64,000 nucleotides of DNA from a virus. How positions within the stretch are numbered: the stretch's first letter is position 1; the number at the start of each line of letters is the position of its first letter. This document shows, piece by piece, positions 28,102 to 37,220 of the stretch. Position numbers and translations under genes: made by a program. The DNA is taken from the IMG/VR virus record IMGVR_UViG_3300025151_000001, positions 28,241-92,240 of that record. One strand, written 5' to 3'. The notes beneath the pieces are model-generated. The model saw only the letters and a list, made by a program, of their open reading frames with translations. It was not told the origin of the DNA and ran no database searches.

Positions 28102-30054
28102 TCACCCTTGGAGAATCCAATGGCTTACTGCGGTGCAGGATTGAAGAGTTCTAGGCATAACTGTAGCCTCAACAACTACAGGGCCTTTATCGTCAGGGAT
28201 TGGGAAGTTAACCGCAGAGGTTTGATAGTCAGTAAATTTGAGATTAAAGTTCTCGCCATTTGCTTTTTCAAACTGTAGTTCGATGTATTCTCCTGAAGCG
28301 GTGTTATCACCTGTTCTGCTCAAGAGTTCAGTATAGAGTTTGTCGTCAGTAACGTGTCCTGTAAATTGCAGTTCATAGGTTCTTTGTGCAGGAATGCCTT
28401 CTTTGATAGAGGTGTTACCCACGCCAATGAATCTCCGGTCTTGAAGATTGTTATTCATGGTCAAAGTTAGAGAATTGATTTTTAAGAACTGTTGACCAAA
28501 AATCTTGAAATATCCGCGAGAGAAGAAGAAAGGTTCAAGGAAGGTTGGTTGAGAACCGTAATTGAAGAAAGTAGTTTCATCAGTTACGCCACGACGAGCA
28601 TCATAAGATTCTGTTTGTTCAAGTGAATGAACTGCTCGACTGTTTAAGTCAAGAGTCATCTTGATTTCTTCATTTTCGTTAGCACTAAGCGTCAAGGTAT
28701 TTACTCTATTTCCACGCGCAATCTTAACAAAGTTTAGGCTTTCATCAGCCGATGCTGTTTCAGTTCTGTAAGTGTTGGAAGAGGGAAGTTTGCTAAACAC
28801 TTGCTCAATAGCAAAAGAAGGTAAGTTGTCTGTATCTTGTTCAGCAAAGGTGTATGTAATTCCATTAGTCATGTTACCAGAAGATTCTCCCGGAACAGTA
28901 AGTTTATCCATGTTCGCAAGAGCGTCCGAACCTTTGAGAATCGGAGGGCAAATTACCGTTCCAACCGAACGATAGAAAATTGGACCCGTTTCAACGTGTG
29001 CGCCTGCATCAAAGTAGGTTGCACCGGAAGTTTGAGCAGTAAATTCATCACCTGCCGCTAATGATTCAGTAGCGCTAGTCGCTGAAATGGTTGTGCATTT
29101 CCCTAAGAAATAATATAGCCAAGCAGCATGGTTAGCAACAATTCCTAGATTTGCACCACTAGCAGTTTCAATTCCTTTATACTGATAAGTAAAGTTACGC
29201 GAGCCACCGAGAGAAAGGTTCACCTGTTTCATTTCAACTTCAGTAGTTGGGAATGTAGCAGATTCAAGAATACCTAACCATTCATCGGCTAAGAGTCTTG
29301 CAGTTGCAGCCGTTGTGACGCTTGCACCGGCAGTAGTAGTAGTTTTAGTCATATTTGTGCTATCGGACACAGAGAGACTTTGACTAACTGTTCCTCCAAA
29401 GGTGTTAGTTAAAACTAAACTATCTCCGCTTCTTGAAGCAGAAAAATGAATAGAACCTGTTTTAGCAACTTCAGCAACAATAACGTCAATGACTTCTTCT
29501 GCCGTAGTGATATCAGCATCACTAATATCAACAGTTAAGTTAGCAGTTGCTCCTCCGTATGAACCATCATTAGTCAAACCAATTACATAGGCAGTTGAAG
29601 TTGCTCCATCTGAAGAAGGAACTTGACCAAAAGAAATGCTATCATTATCATAGTTAGCCTTAGTATCTGAATTAAATTTAATGCTTAAAACTTGAGCAGT
29701 ATGAATACTTGTGGAACCATCACCGGGTCCGGGAACAGGCGCACCATATCCACGAATGTGGAAATAATCCTGTGAAGTATTTACTGTAATGCTAGAGGAA
29801 ATAGCAGGACTAAAGGTAATTGTTGTTGCGGTGTTAGCAGTAATTCTGTGAGAAGAAGTAAAAGTCCCATTGTCGTAATATTCAATAACACAACCTACAT
29901 AGAGGTCTTTAACTAACCGATAATCATCTGAAAAAGCAGTTGCTACAGTAATTACGTTTTGAGTATTAATAACCGAAATCGGAACGTAAATATCAGTTTC
30001 AGGCACAAATGTGAGCGATGCTCCGCTTCCTAGAAAAATGTCGGTGTTAGGCAT
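28102..30054 (-). CDS. major tail tube protein with extra N-terminal domains
   Basis: LPSFAIE, VNTLTLS, LTMNNNL tube motifs; precedes the chaperones. Confidence 0.7.
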   Translation of the reverse strand: MPNTDIFLGSGASLTFVPETDIYVPISVINTQNVITVATAFSDDYRLVKDLYVGCVIEYYDNGTFTSSHRITANTATTITFSPAISSSITVNTSQDYFHIRGYGAPVPGPGDGSTSIHTAQVLSIKFNSDTKANYDNDSISFGQVPSSDGATSTAYVIGLTNDGSYGGATANLTVDISDADITTAEEVIDVIVAEVAKTGSIHFSASRSGDSLVLTNTFGGTVSQSLSVSDSTNMTKTTTTAGASVTTAATARLLADEWLGILESATFPTTEVEMKQVNLSLGGSRNFTYQYKGIETASGANLGIVANHAAWLYYFLGKCTTISATSATESLAAGDEFTAQTSGATYFDAGAHVETGPIFYRSVGTVICPPILKGSDALANMDKLTVPGESSGNMTNGITYTFAEQDTDNLPSFAIEQVFSKLPSSNTYRTETASADESLNFVKIARGNRVNTLTLSANENEEIKMTLDLNSRAVHSLEQTESYDARRGVTDETTFFNYGSQPTFLEPFFFSRGYFKIFGQQFLKINSLTLTMNNNLQDRRFIGVGNTSIKEGIPAQRTYELQFTGHVTDDKLYTELLSRTGDNTASGEYIELQFEKANGENFNLKFTDYQTSAVNFPIPDDKGPVVVEATVMPRTLQSCTAVSHWILQG

Positions 30055-30081
30055 TATTTAATTCCCCCTCGTAAAACAAAC

Positions 30082-30591
30082 TTACGGGACTGTGAGGGCA
30101 AATCTCTTTGCTTCGATATTTACTTTATATCCAAATAATCTTTTAGCACGGTCGTTTGACTCGCTTCTTGAACCGACAAACAATTGATTAAAATTGGAAC
30201 CATCGGATGCGGTGTAGCCACGCCTCGCGCTCTCAAGTGCATGACGGGCAATCAGGTATAAAGCCCTAAGCCTGTCTCGGCCAAATCCTTCATCCGTTCC
30301 GCCTCTCTCATCGTGAACTGTGCGAATGTGCATCGTAAAACCATAGGTTTCATTTCTTACATCATAGTGAATAGTCGGATATTCAATTGATTGACTGTCT
30401 TCAAAAAAGATGATTACATCTTTAGAAGATAAATCATAGCGAACACCTTTATTCTTTTGGAGTGTTCTAACGTCAATTAAGTTAGGTTTAGCAATATGAC
30501 TTGAAGTAATATAGCCACCATCTTCAAGGGCGGTAGCCGAGGTAGTCCATTTTGAATCCAAAATGTCTATGAGAAGGTTGACTTCATCCAA
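30082..30591 (-). CDS. tail completion/terminator-like protein
   Basis: Synteny (before tail tube) and size. Confidence 0.5.
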   Translation of the reverse strand: MDEVNLLIDILDSKWTTSATALEDGGYITSSHIAKPNLIDVRTLQKNKGVRYDLSSKDVIIFFEDSQSIEYPTIHYDVRNETYGFTMHIRTVHDERGGTDEGFGRDRLRALYLIARHALESARRGYTASDGSNFNQLFVGSRSESNDRAKRLFGYKVNIEAKRFALTVP

Positions 30592-30782
30592 TTAGCCACC
30601 TCCTTAAAAATTTCATTCTCAAGATATTTGTCAAAATCTTCTTGAGCGTATTTAATTTTTTCATCTTCAGACATTCTAAAATCAACACCGAGAAGTTGAG
30701 AGACTTCTGTTAATGCCTTTTGTCTTTCTTCTTGAATATCTAAGAACTTTTGAAAATGTGAAATTTGGAATTCAATCGCCAT
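30567..30782 (-). CDS. small hypothetical protein
   Basis: GGTGA SD before ATG 30782 (MAIEFQ...). Confidence 0.55.
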   Translation of the reverse strand: MAIEFQISHFQKFLDIQEERQKALTEVSQLLGVDFRMSEDEKIKYAQEDFDKYLENEIFKEVANWMKSTFS

Positions 30783-30792
30783 TTTTATCACC

Positions 30793-32097
30793 CTAATCAA
30801 TAAAATAGACGATATCACTCTTACCCGAAAGGATATCAAATGCTTCCTTACGGAGAATATCATACTTTTCCTTAGTAGTAATATTTCCTCCTGTTTCAGC
30901 GATGAGAATTGTTTGGTCATCATGACGTAAGATTTCAGAACAAACTAACTTAGTAGCGGCTTCGTGAATCGCTGCCGGAACCCTACTGCTTCCTGCAATA
31001 TAAGTAACAACAACAGAATTGTTTGTGTGATATGGATATTCTCTTAAAAAGAAAATACGGCCCTCGCTACCAATTGTCCAATAGTCACCAAGGCGCTTCA
31101 TATCATTTTTGTCCGTAAATTCAACCATTCCACAAACTGTTGGAATACCGTTGATTGAAGTAAATGTTGTTGTTGCAGAACTAGCACCCGTAGCAGTTGC
31201 GCTCATAACAACTGTTGTGGAGTTAGTAATAGAAGAAATTGTCGTATTAGCCGGAATATGGCTATGTCCACTAAGAGTCATGCCTACCTTTAACTTACTG
31301 CTATCTGCGACTGTTAGATTGGTCGAGGCATTTACCGTAGTTGCTGACTGTTGAATGCTCGCTTTTAGCACACAATCCGAGCCGTCGTCGCTTGGAAGCA
31401 GGGACGAAATGAGCAAGGTGGTCCCATCTTCTGAGTCCTTCTGAGCATAAAAGTAGTCAGACACCGTTAAATTACCAACAGTAAGGCTCTTTGCCGAAGT
31501 TGCTTTAGTAAATTGTGAAGTTGAAGATGGAAACTCTTCATTGATAAGATGGGCTAATTCAGACATAGCAGTTTTCTTTCCAAAGGTGACTTCGAATTCA
31601 GTAGCAAGAGGGGAACCATCTGTGCTTGCTTCTGTTTCAAAGGAGGTTCCACTATTGGGTAATTGCAAAGTAATAGAATGTAAATCTCTAAAATTATCTA
31701 GCATTTGGATAGACGCTTGAGCCGATGCAATTTCTTCATAATGATTACCCTGCCAAACTCTTAATGAAATAATTTTTCGGACTTTCATTTGGGGCAGTTG
31801 AATAAAACCAACATATCCGCCATAATATGAATGCATAGGATGACGAGTGAATTCAAAATTGTGAAACTCTTGTTCGTGAATAATAGGGCGATAAGAACGC
31901 TTTGCTTTATCATCAACCATTCCTTCGACGCGCTTGATAATAGCACCAACTTGTGCTTCTGATGGATTGGTTAAATCAGTAAATTCAGGAACCTGTAGCA
32001 TATCTGCAACTGCCACAACATCAGTATAGAAACCATAGCCATTCGCGTAGTCAGGAGCAATTGAGGTATAATCGCTTGGTGATGACGCTACCGGCAT
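30793..32097 (-). CDS. head-tail adaptor protein with inserted beta-rich module
   Basis: C-terminal VVVTYIAG...VPAAIHEAATKLV adaptor motif; internal KLKVGMTLSG...IPANTTI repeat. Confidence 0.7.
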   Translation of the reverse strand: MPVASSPSDYTSIAPDYANGYGFYTDVVAVADMLQVPEFTDLTNPSEAQVGAIIKRVEGMVDDKAKRSYRPIIHEQEFHNFEFTRHPMHSYYGGYVGFIQLPQMKVRKIISLRVWQGNHYEEIASAQASIQMLDNFRDLHSITLQLPNSGTSFETEASTDGSPLATEFEVTFGKKTAMSELAHLINEEFPSSTSQFTKATSAKSLTVGNLTVSDYFYAQKDSEDGTTLLISSLLPSDDGSDCVLKASIQQSATTVNASTNLTVADSSKLKVGMTLSGHSHIPANTTISSITNSTTVVMSATATGASSATTTFTSINGIPTVCGMVEFTDKNDMKRLGDYWTIGSEGRIFFLREYPYHTNNSVVVTYIAGSSRVPAAIHEAATKLVCSEILRHDDQTILIAETGGNITTKEKYDILRKEAFDILSGKSDIVYFID

Positions 32098-32099
32098 TC

Positions 32100-33329
32100 T
32101 CAAACCTCCATTAGTTCAAGATAATTGTTTCTGATTACAGCCGCAAAGTCTCGAAGTTTTTTACGGTATTTTGAACCTTTTCTTTGGGTTCCTAATGGAA
32201 CAGAAAAACCGATAGAGGTGTAGTCATCTCCTTCGCCCTTTCCCGAAACTAGACCTGTTTCAAACAGACCGTGTGTTTTAATACCTGATAGTTTAATCTT
32301 ATATTTTGTTTTCATGGATTCGATTTCTAATTCCATATTATAGAGATGCCAATCATTAGGATAAACTTTTTGAATAAATTTATCAGGATTTCTAATGATT
32401 TCAGAAAGAGTCATTCCTTCAAAGCGTTCACTACCTTCATCAACTTTTTTTCTCTTTTGTTTATGAAGATGGAAGATTTCCAAAAGAATTTTTTCTTTGA
32501 TTGCGTTAGAAATTAAGAAATTAAATAAATCCTCACTAACAGAATTTTTAATCCTAATTGAATAGTCTTCAAAGTTTTCATCTTCCTTAGCATCCTTGAC
32601 CTTACTAAATTCTTTTACTTCTTTTTTAAATTTTGAGACTAACATATTAAATGCGTTTGTGTGCAAACCGTCATCCTTAACCCTATCTCTAGAGACATCA
32701 TAAAAGATTGTTCTAGGTTCTTTGACGGGAGTTAAGTAAGGACTATAGCCTTCCTTTTGTAAGTAATCTACCTTTGAACCACTAATATCACTCGTTTGGC
32801 TTTCTGAAAGTTCTACAGATAAAACATTTTCTTCACCAATAAAGCCTTCATTTTCATTTGAATAATTTCTTTTAATAGCCTTTTTCAAATAATTAGAAGT
32901 AATAAACCCATCGGTCCCTGCTTCAATTTCTGGTGGCCTTTGAAACTGCCTAAAACCTAAAAGTCTCTTAATCTTTTCATCATCTAAGATTTCATCTAGA
33001 GTTAAGTCTTCTAATGGTTTTTCAACTTCATTACCAGAATCAACTGTAAACTTTGCATAAAGTTTCTGGCCCCGAAGAAGTTTTCCAATTGGTGTCTTGC
33101 TAATATCTTTCACAACCCTTTTCATTTCTTTAACCATTTCTTTCTGGCTAAAGCCCTTTACCTTTTCATTTCTAGGGTCTTCGATTGCCTCTTCCAATAA
33201 GTCCAAGTTATCAGCAAATGCTGAACCTGTAACTACATCAGAAAACATAGCACCTAAAACAAGAGTTCTAAATTCATCGCTACTAGTTTCAATGGCCTTA
33301 GTAGCATCAGCGCCAATTAGAACTCTCAA
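32100..33329 (-). CDS. hypothetical charged protein
   Basis: Long ORF; GAGGTG SD before TTG. Confidence 0.6.
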   Translation of the reverse strand: MRVLIGADATKAIETSSDEFRTLVLGAMFSDVVTGSAFADNLDLLEEAIEDPRNEKVKGFSQKEMVKEMKRVVKDISKTPIGKLLRGQKLYAKFTVDSGNEVEKPLEDLTLDEILDDEKIKRLLGFRQFQRPPEIEAGTDGFITSNYLKKAIKRNYSNENEGFIGEENVLSVELSESQTSDISGSKVDYLQKEGYSPYLTPVKEPRTIFYDVSRDRVKDDGLHTNAFNMLVSKFKKEVKEFSKVKDAKEDENFEDYSIRIKNSVSEDLFNFLISNAIKEKILLEIFHLHKQKRKKVDEGSERFEGMTLSEIIRNPDKFIQKVYPNDWHLYNMELEIESMKTKYKIKLSGIKTHGLFETGLVSGKGEGDDYTSIGFSVPLGTQRKGSKYRKKLRDFAAVIRNNYLELMEV

Positions 33330-33339
33330 GTAAAACACC

Positions 33340-33972
33340 TCACATTAGCCACTTAGCCCAAGCCGCACCCTTTTGTGCAACTTGCATCAAGCCTAATCCT
33401 GCTTGTGGGGGTTCATAGGACATTTGCCCTGTTTGTGGGTCAATCCAATAAGGACGACCATAGCCGTCTGTTCCGGCAGGTGGAACCGGATAACCTGAGC
33501 CGTTTTGCATAGCCCCTTGCATTTGATAACCACCGGCCATAGCACCACCCATAGCGCCACCACCAAATGCAGCCGCGCCCGGTGAACCTGCACCAAAGCC
33601 TTGAGATTCAAGGTATTGCTGCTTCGCCATTTTACGTTGCTGAATTACCTCTTGATTTAATGCAGATTGTAGAATTCTCTCGATATCAAGTTCGATATTT
33701 TCAGCAGTAATTCTTTCGTATTCTCGCATAGCATCGGGGTTCATTGTCGCGGAAGTTCCGTTGATATCCAATTTTAGTTTAGTTAACATTTTGCTTACTA
33801 CTCTCTCAGTAACATCTTCCATTAACTTTTCTAAAGTGCTAAGAAAATCCTTACCGTGGTATTGGAAAAATTCTTCAACATGGTTCTCTTGAAGAGAAAG
33901 AAGATTATTGACGGTTTTAAACGTCGTATCTCCTTGGCTGCTAATTGCGTTAATCACGTCTTTCTGTCCCAT
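33340..33972 (-). CDS. helical protein with Gly-rich linker, WW-like motif and amphipathic C-terminus
   Basis: DGYGRPYWIDPQTGQMSYEPP; GLMQVAQKGAAWAKWLM. Confidence 0.55.
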   Translation of the reverse strand: MGQKDVINAISSQGDTTFKTVNNLLSLQENHVEEFFQYHGKDFLSTLEKLMEDVTERVVSKMLTKLKLDINGTSATMNPDAMREYERITAENIELDIERILQSALNQEVIQQRKMAKQQYLESQGFGAGSPGAAAFGGGAMGGAMAGGYQMQGAMQNGSGYPVPPAGTDGYGRPYWIDPQTGQMSYEPPQAGLGLMQVAQKGAAWAKWLM

Positions 33973-34600
33973 TTAATTCAACTCCTTTATCAACTAAGTG
34001 ATTTAATCTTTGAATGCTTGCATTAAGGTCATTCAAAAGAGCAGATGCTTCAGCCCTCTCGTCCTCAATCGTTGCAGGGGCGGGCGGCTTTATAGACCAA
34101 CCGGCGGCGGTGAGAGAGGTAACATCTTGTGGTGTTAAGCCGGTAAGTGGTCCTTTTTTCATAATTGAAGGCATTTTAGGTTTAAACCCTTTAAATTCAA
34201 GACCATGTTCATTAGCAAGAATCTGTTGCTCTAACATTTCCATTTGCATATGAATAGCAGCGTGTTTAGGACAATAGGTTCCTCTCATTGGGCGACCCTT
34301 ATGGACTTCTGTTAAAGGAATAACAGGGCGTAAATAATCTCCTGCATCCCAATGGTGATGTGTTCCACAAACAACACAACGGTCCTTAAGATTAAATTGC
34401 TTTCCATATCTAAAGAACAGAAACTTCTTCTTTTCTGGTAGCAATACCTTTCTAATTTCCTTAAGTTGTTTCTTAGGTTTAATTGAATCATATTTGTATT
34501 CTTCAATCTGACCCGGAGAACGAAACATCGGTAATTTAGGCAAAAATGCCGAAGGTGCTTGGGCACTTTGCATTCCCATTAGTTGTGGTTGCTGATACAT
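33950..34600 (-). CDS. Zn-finger plus coiled-coil protein
   Basis: CVVCG...YCPKH; C-terminal heptads. Confidence 0.6.
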   Translation of the reverse strand: MYQQPQLMGMQSAQAPSAFLPKLPMFRSPGQIEEYKYDSIKPKKQLKEIRKVLLPEKKKFLFFRYGKQFNLKDRCVVCGTHHHWDAGDYLRPVIPLTEVHKGRPMRGTYCPKHAAIHMQMEMLEQQILANEHGLEFKGFKPKMPSIMKKGPLTGLTPQDVTSLTAAGWSIKPPAPATIEDERAEASALLNDLNASIQRLNHLVDKGVELNGTERRD

Positions 34601-34605
34601 AATAA

Positions 34606-35265
34606 TCAATAATCCTTAATCATTGTGAAGATTCCTTTATACACCATTTCAGGGTCAGATTTTGCAGAAACAATATACTTAAAACAAGGTATTCCTCTAT
34701 CGTTTAGTTTGCTCATTCCGTATCTAAAGGGTTCAAAGATTTCATGTTTTAGAATATCATCCGTTGGATATTTTTTTCCCCAAATATCATATTTGTTTGC
34801 CCAAATTCCTACCGCTAATGGAAAGTCTGCATCCTTTTTCTTTTTACCGTCAGGCCAATAATCATTAATCATCGCATCAACAAAAAATTTCCATGCAATT
34901 TGGTGGTCCATATTTGAGTCGCTATCTAAGTGTCGGTGGTCAATCATAAAGATAACGTATTTTACTTTCCTCTCTCGCATATCTTTGAGCCATTCTTTCC
35001 AATAGATTGCCTCTCCACCAATGTCTGCTGTTTTTAATGTATGAGCATTACCATCGAGTTTAACATATTTTCTTGATGCACGGTGTCTTCCGACCGTTCT
35101 TTCTTTAATTTGTTGAACTTCTCCCCGTGTTCTCAATTGATGATGTAATGTTGTCTTTCCAACCATTGTTGCTCCATAAACTCCAAAATGAACTGCATGA
35201 AGTTTTCTGTAAATAGCAAGGGCCGCTTCCGTCACAACAACCGCAAAGCCCGTAAGAAGAGACAT
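34606..35265 (-). CDS. Arf-like small GTPase
   Basis: G1 GATMVGKTT, G2 RTVG, G3 DIGGE, VIFMID, G4 ANKYD, G5 VSAK; N-terminal hydrophobic helix. Confidence 0.8.
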   Translation of the reverse strand: MSLLTGFAVVVTEAALAIYRKLHAVHFGVYGATMVGKTTLHHQLRTRGEVQQIKERTVGRHRASRKYVKLDGNAHTLKTADIGGEAIYWKEWLKDMRERKVKYVIFMIDHRHLDSDSNMDHQIAWKFFVDAMINDYWPDGKKKKDADFPLAVGIWANKYDIWGKKYPTDDILKHEIFEPFRYGMSKLNDRGIPCFKYIVSAKSDPEMVYKGIFTMIKDY

Positions 35266-35280
35266 TCATTGAAACCCTCC

Positions 35281-35496
35281 TTAATGAGTAAAAATACCAA
35301 CAACGGCGTTAATCATCCAACCGATGATATCAACACCAAAGACTCCACCGACATTACCTAAAAGTAATGCGGCAACGGAACAAGTAATTCCGTAAAACCA
35401 AGCCTTTAATTTAAGAAACATAATGTCGGCAGAATGGGCGCGAGTCTGATTATACATGTAATCAGAATCAGACATACCCATAAGGTCCATCAACAA
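35281..35496 (-). CDS. small membrane protein
   Basis: Long hydrophobic C-terminal half. Confidence 0.65.
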   Translation of the reverse strand: MLMDLMGMSDSDYMYNQTRAHSADIMFLKLKAWFYGITCSVAALLLGNVGGVFGVDIIGWMINAVVGIFTH

Positions 35497-35506
35497 TCAT
35501 ATCACC

Positions 35507-35899
35507 TTATTGCAATTTAGCCAAGAAGTCAGCACTAACCTCGTTGTTTTGGTTTTGAAAACCAAACTGCGGTGAAGTGTTATAATCCGTTTGAAATTGC
35601 TTAGATGCTTCAAGAAGTTTTTTCTTTTGTTGTTCGTCACGGGACATTCTTGCCCAATATGCTTCAATCTTGCGGTCGAGCAAAAACAATTCAATACGGT
35701 CATTGAGGAATAAGTCCCCAATGGCTTTCATAATCATAATTGCTCCAACAGTAACTAAACCGAAGAGAACCCCGTGGGCTAATTTGGTATATGGGAAATC
35801 AATCCCATATTTAGAGTAAAAGAAAACATTTGCTCCGCTAAGACAACCACAAAATAAAATGGTCATAATCAGCCGAGTATCTTGATTGAGAGCAGCCAC
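35507..35899 (-). CDS. two-TM membrane protein with charged tail (holin-like topology)
   Basis: Two hydrophobic segments, then a coiled/charged C-terminus. Confidence 0.65.
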   Translation of the reverse strand: MAALNQDTRLIMTILFCGCLSGANVFFYSKYGIDFPYTKLAHGVLFGLVTVGAIMIMKAIGDLFLNDRIELFLLDRKIEAYWARMSRDEQQKKKLLEASKQFQTDYNTSPQFGFQNQNNEVSADFLAKLQ

Positions 35900-35910
35900 T
35901 TTAAATCACC

Positions 35911-36192
35911 TCAGGCAAATTCGATGGAAACTGCAACTGAACCTGCATCTTCCTCAAAATAAATGCCGTTGGTGCAAAGGACACCGTGCATATCAAACTC
36001 AATTGTTTGATTTGCAGCAAGAGTAATTCTAGCAATTTCTTTACCAGAAGCAGCAGTATTGTCCCAAATTTTAACCGTAGCGGCGGAGCCTCCAACTTCT
36101 GTAGCATGAATGCTAATCAATAATGCTCTGTCTGAAGACACAACAGCACTTGAAGTTAAAACACCACTTGAACGGCAACCTGCAAAGCCCAT
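35911..36192 (-). CDS. small beta-sandwich virion protein
   Basis: VKIWDNTAASG...NGIY pattern common in phage structural modules. Confidence 0.5.
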   Translation of the reverse strand: MGFAGCRSSGVLTSSAVVSSDRALLISIHATEVGGSAATVKIWDNTAASGKEIARITLAANQTIEFDMHGVLCTNGIYFEEDAGSVAVSIEFA

Positions 36193-36226
36193 TTGGATTC
36201 CTCCATTGGTGGGACGTAGCCCCTAC

Positions 36227-36233
36227 TACTTAA
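36227..36233 (-). promoter_or_regulatory. putative TATA box TTAAGTA
   Basis: In the intergenic gap upstream of 36192 and the GTPase cassette. Confidence 0.3.
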
Positions 36234-36243
36234 CCCCTTTGTT

Positions 36244-36618
36244 TTAAGAATCGTCAGATTTGACGGTTTCTTTCTTAGGTTTAGGGGTTGTTACCTTAGA
36301 GGCGACCTTTGAGACTTTGCTTTTTACGGCAGAAGTTTTTGGTTTAGCACCCAAAAGAGTTGTTTCAACATCAGAAGCCGAGCCTTTGATTTTAAGTTCC
36401 CTTAAAGCAAGGTCTAGAATTTTACCCTCTAAAGAACTAAGAAATTCTCTATCAGATTCTTCAAAGGTAAATAAGAAGTTAGGGTCTGAAAGTCTAATAA
36501 TTGCCCAACTTGAAGAAACAGAACAGGCTTCATCCCGAGTAATCTCGGTCGGCCCTTCTGTTCCAACAACGGTCATTCTAGAAAACTTAGCGTCTTTGCT
36601 CAGTTTTAGAGAAACCAT
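36244..36618 (-). CDS. hypothetical protein with Lys-rich tail
   Basis: Downstream of the capsid genes; GAGGCGGT SD. Confidence 0.55.
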   Translation of the reverse strand: MVSLKLSKDAKFSRMTVVGTEGPTEITRDEACSVSSSWAIIRLSDPNFLFTFEESDREFLSSLEGKILDLALRELKIKGSASDVETTLLGAKPKTSAVKSKVSKVASKVTTPKPKKETVKSDDS

Positions 36619-36628
36619 ATTTACCGCC

Positions 36629-37210
36629 TCAAATCTGTCCGCGAACTTCTAGACGAATTGTGCCTAAGTTTCCAGAGGCCAAACCCGTATTGTCTGCGAT
36701 AGGCCCTGCATCGGCCAAACAGTAAAGGTATGCTTTATCACCTGTATTTGAGACACGCCCGACGTAGTAATACGTGTTAAACTTGTTTTGTCCCACAATA
36801 GCCACCGAAGTAATTCTTGAAAGACCAAGTGAAGCAGCGGTAACTACCTCGCCTGCGTGTGTAATTGCTTCGTTTCCGCCACCTGTATCGTTAGTTAGGT
36901 TAGAATCTGTAGTTAATACAGTTGCAGTTAACGCTGTAATTTCCATAAGAAGAGCGTTGTTTGCACCGGCAGAACCGGCAATCGTTACAATATCTCCAAC
37001 TTCGAAGCCATCCGTTAGATAACTACCTGCTGCGCGGGTAAGGGTATCACCCGTAGTTGCAGCGGTAATTGTCTGAGAAGCCGCCGTAGCGGTTGTTCCT
37101 GTTCTATATGCTGAGATTGCACAGTCGGCTAGGACGATATAATCATCACCGACGACCTTTGGGCGAGTAAAGCCCTTATGGTCAGCAATCAATGTAATTG
37201 CATTAGTCAA
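36629..37210 (-). CDS. capsid decoration/cement-like protein
   Basis: Immediately after the MCP; T/A/G-rich. Confidence 0.55.
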   Translation of the reverse strand: MTNAITLIADHKGFTRPKVVGDDYIVLADCAISAYRTGTTATAASQTITAATTGDTLTRAAGSYLTDGFEVGDIVTIAGSAGANNALLMEITALTATVLTTDSNLTNDTGGGNEAITHAGEVVTAASLGLSRITSVAIVGQNKFNTYYYVGRVSNTGDKAYLYCLADAGPIADNTGLASGNLGTIRLEVRGQI

Positions 37211-37220
37211 CTAAAACACC

